This document shows positions 23,458 through 24,000 of a DNA stretch of 24,000 nucleotides, in pieces (position 1 is the first letter of the stretch; each line of letters opens with the position of its first letter). The position numbers and the translations under genes are program-made. Where the stretch lies: contig NZ_FNCE01000001.1 of assembly GCF_900100655.1 (NCBI RefSeq), forward strand, positions 545,252 through 569,251, in the 5' to 3' direction. The stretch is from Limimonas halophila (GTDB lineage: Bacteria; Pseudomonadota; Alphaproteobacteria; Kiloniellales; Rhodovibrionaceae). The notes beneath the pieces are model-generated. The model did not search any database, was not told the DNA's origin, and saw nothing but the letters and a program-made list of their open reading frames with translations.

Positions 23458-24000
23458 TTAGTGTAACCCCGATCGCGTCGGCCGGGGAGGAAAATCTCGG
23501 CCGGCATTCCGGCCGCCACCGACGTGACCATCGACGTTGCCACCGTCGGTATCGTCTCCGCTGTGCTCGCCGAGGAGCTGGAAGCTCGCCATCGACGCCC
23601 ACGCTTGGATCAGCGTGCCGTCGACCGAGAAATGCTCCCGGCTCAACAACGGCTTGCCCCGCTCGTGCTCCAGGATCGCGGTGAGAAACCGTTGCTCCAC
23701 CTCCGTGGCGACCAGCCGCTCACGGTTCTTGGCGTAGACGCTGGAATGCCAGACCGCATCCTCGATCCCCAGGCCCACGAACCAGCGGAGCAGAAGATCA
23801 AAGTCGAGGCGCTCCATCATCTGGCGCTCGGACACAAAGTCGCTGGCCGAAGGCCAGCTAACAGATGCCGTGGTGCAGCTGGAGCACCAGCGCACGCATC
23901 AGCCACTCCGGGGGAATGCTCGGCCGTCTGCGATCGCTATAGATCGCTTCGAACGTCGGCGACAGTTCCTTGAGCGCGTCATCCACCACGCCCCGGATCA
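23458..24000 (-). pseudogene. N-terminal part of a second, decayed IS5/IS1182-family transposase (continues beyond the window)
   Basis: The minus-strand translation reads IRGVVDDALKELSPTFEAIYSDRRRPSIPPEWLMRALVLQLHHGIC*. After a frameshift it continues SERQMMERLDFDLLLRWFVGLGIEDAVWHSSVYAKNRERL...EHFSVDGTLIQAWASM...GGGRNAGRDF. This is the InsH-N/DUF772-type N-terminal domain. Homology stops near 23490. Confidence 0.7.

Noticed and set aside
20187-24000. The idea that the two transposase fragments are halves of one IS split by a ~2.9-kb insertion
   Set aside because: Both fragments contain the same homologous segment (20622-20704 versus 23603-23685) at only partial identity. They therefore derive from two different copies, not from one interrupted gene.

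Overview
This is a high-GC, proteobacterial-type chromosomal segment, roughly 70% G+C by eye. It is densely packed with operons up to about 19.84 kb and then switches abruptly to lower-GC, decayed mobile DNA.

Order of content:
1. The 3' end of a sulfotransferase-family gene.
2. A minus-strand biotin operon, bioB-bioF-bioH-bioC-bioD-bioA. Its junctions are overlapping or ATGA-coupled. An ELM1/DUF1022 gene follows it.
3. A plus-strand ECF sigma factor and membrane anti-sigma pair. A 25-nt GGAAC-N17-GTC promoter-like element sits in front of the sigma gene. It recurs 23/25 identical in front of the next gene, a secreted DUF4168 protein. A membrane-anchored DUF4340 protein follows.
4. A minus-strand operon encoding a porin, a secreted FMN-binding protein with an SGAT flavinylation motif, and a PepSY transmembrane protein.
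5. A plus-strand operon divergent from (4): pepM, ppd, a PaaK/CapK-like adenylate-forming ligase, a Tat-exported ApbE flavin transferase, and an AEP transaminase. The 267-bp region between (4) and (5) holds two Fur-box-like palindromes that are 16/19 identical. Each lies about 60 nt from its start codon.
6. 19.85-24.0 kb: two non-identical decayed IS5/IS1182-family transposase fragments, a frameshifted short tyrosine recombinase, one plausible orphan secreted-protein gene, and two strikingly AT-rich structured non-coding blocks.

The best candidate for something undescribed is the putatively iron-controlled divergon at 11.2-19.8 kb. It couples 2-aminoethylphosphonate biosynthesis and an unusual ligase to an extracytoplasmic flavinylation / PepSY reductase-like module. 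All functional calls come from reading the translated ORFs and motifs by eye. No database search was run.
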